Below the pieces are notes generated by a model. The model searched no databases. It was not told the origin of the DNA and saw nothing but the letters and a program-made list of their open reading frames with translations. From positions 1 through 64,000 of the forward strand of contig JBPGPT010000026.1 of the NCBI GenBank assembly GCA_051047955.1: a stretch of 64,000 nt of DNA. Direction: 5' to 3'. Source of the DNA: Cystobasidiomycetes sp. EMM_F5. Lineage: Eukaryota. Of this stretch, positions 62,091 through 64,000 are shown one piece after another; positions within the stretch are counted from its first letter, which is position 1; every line of letters starts with the position of its first letter. Both the position numbers and the translations under genes were made by a program.

Positions 62091-64000
62091 TCACTCGTTA
62101 TCGCTGTCAGTAGAATCGTGAACATGGGCAGCGTCTTCGGCGATAATGACGCAGGCCACGGGGATAGAATCGCAGCGATCGGTTGCTATGTTCATGACCT
62201 TGATTTCCGTCAGGGCTCGATTCTGCCCCGTCTGATCCTCGACAAGTCGATCATCTGGAGCACAAGACTCAGCTGAATTTGCGAAGATCAGTTTCTTCCG
62301 TACAGTGTTTAGACGCTTTTGTGTAAAAAAGACGAGTTGATATAGATCGATGGTTTGCAGGCGTATTTTGCATGATGGGCAGATCGAAGACGATGCTGAA
62401 GATGTCCCTCCCGCTCGTGATCGTTTGAGAGTTACTATCTAGTCACAGTCTCGAGTCAGTAGCCAGTGAATTAGTTGTCGTTGGCCATCCCTCACTGTTA
62501 ATTGTCCGGAAATTGCTCAAATCAATTAAGTCGAAGGAACCATCGTTCTCGTTCTTGTGTCGCTTCTGTTGCTTTCCTGTATGCCAGGTGATTTGCCATT
62601 CGACCTGTGCGCCACGAGGAAGCTGTGATGTTTGCACTATCAGGAAGGGGGGCGTAGCTGTGCCCTTTTTATATAGTTCATCTCCTTCCAGGAGCATATG
62701 CCATGCTGTCCGGACAGCATCGCGTTTGCCATCGAAGGTGGAAGCAGGTCCGGATAACCAGCAGATACAGCTTTCTAACCAGCCCTTGAACCCGCCTCCT
62801 GTTCCTTGCTGTACAGCTCGTACTATTCTACGTACGTGCTGCAGAGACAGGGCGACCTCGGTTGCAAAGGACGGCGGCTCGGGCAGCGAAAGGTCACCAG
62901 GTCGCAGAGCAATCTGTCCTGCAATGAATACCCGTTGATGAGCCTATGATGATTGCATTAGCAAGGGTGACGCGGTAACATGCAGATGTCCGATTGCACA
63001 CGCCTTCACTGCCTGGGAGTACGGGCCAATATTCGCCGGGGCCCAGTAGCTGAGACCACGCACATGAAGCGCTGATCGCGATCGTGAATCACAGCCCTTT
63101 TGCGCAATGATGTCGATTTTGACGTTGAGGCCTACTTCGAGAAAGGCCGTAACGCAAGCTCGGGAAGGCGGCGAGGGCCCAAAGAAGGTGTTGTAGATGG
63201 CATTGACGCGCGGAAATAGGTTCATGTCGCTGAGATATAGATTTACGTGCGATATGTGCTGAAGTTCTAAGTCATTCTCGGCAAGAAGTGCTTTTCGGTA
63301 CAGGAGTCAGCTTGGATCAGATATTGCTAATTTCGACATGCCAGCTCACTCCTGATTTGCGTGAAGCAACCACTGATCTGAGCTTCGACTGTGCCAGCTG
63401 GGTATGTCATGTTGTTGATACCTATCCAGCTATCGCTTTGTGAGACGGAGACAGCCGATGTGCTGCTTAACAACTCCATTACGCTGATATCGTCTATCGG
63501 CAACTCCGCAGTCCGCCAAGGCTGGAATTCGCTCAACACATCGCGTAATTGGGTAGCCTTTTCGTCCAGCAAAGCAGGAAGATAGACCAGTTCCTTTAAT
63601 TGCTGCATCGAAACGTCTGGTTTGTCAACGAGTCTTGCGCCTTTAATGCGTAGATATGCAATTGTTCCCATCTCATCTCGAGACGTCCCCTGAGCCAAGA
63701 CTACTGTCTCGCTGTCGGTACTGAATAACCAGTCAATAATCACGCGGATACCAAAGCAGACAAACGTGCTGACATCTCGATTCGTCGACGAAACAATGGG
63801 CAGTCGACAGTGAAGGTCTCGTACTCGCCTCCTTCCCCGGCAGGATGGGTCCCCCACTTTGTGTTCTGTGCAAACTTGTTCTTCAGATAGCTGACCCTAC
63901 GCATCGGCTGACTTACCAGGCGGTCTAGTTCATCCTGCATATCTTGGCTACAAACATTCATGCCAATATGTCGCAGACCGAGACCAGCTCCTGCAACCTT
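62091..64000 (-). CDS. DPH6: Diphthine-ammonia ligase with C-terminal YjgF/RidA domains (5' part lies beyond the window)
   Basis: HPAGEGGEYETFTVDCPLF, PSPPSRACV, ALHVRGLSYWAPANIGPYSQA, VFIAGQI and LPRGAQVEWQ. Confidence 0.92.

Overview
Eukaryotic, gene-dense, intron-rich fungal DNA (introns mostly about 55-75 nt with GTRNGT donors, CTRAY-like branch points and YAG/AAG acceptors). It is most likely a basidiomycete, inferred from a Clp1-like gene and other lineage-typical families. About 27 protein-coding loci can be supported: MnSOD, NHX1, OXA1, VPS39, two tandem and highly diverged GHITM/TMBIM5-like genes, a Ser/Thr-rich single-pass membrane protein, RAD54B/RDH54, a DENND6-like gene, YDJ1, a degenerate mitochondrial rhomboid, CCDC174-like, MGM1, a Rid1-like GBD protein, BCD1, Clp1-like, a Sec2-domain protein, MED7, PHS1, a C2H2 factor, VTC1-like, a SAM methyltransferase with a decayed tandem copy, a half-size ABC protein and DPH6 (cut by the window edge). 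I recognised no rRNA, tRNA, CRISPR array or intact transposon. Most notable observations: (1) the TMBIM5-like pair keeps conserved upstream DNA, including a 12-bp palindrome, while the membrane domains have diverged and appear to lack the family's aspartates; (2) one copy is frameshifted at a T10 run; (3) a catalytically degenerate rhomboid lies about 4 kb from MGM1 in a mitochondria-rich neighbourhood; (4) OXA1 and VPS39 start codons are only 41 bp apart; (5) at least four GC-AG introns. Gene boundaries come from manual splicing and family calls come from recalled motifs; no searches were run.
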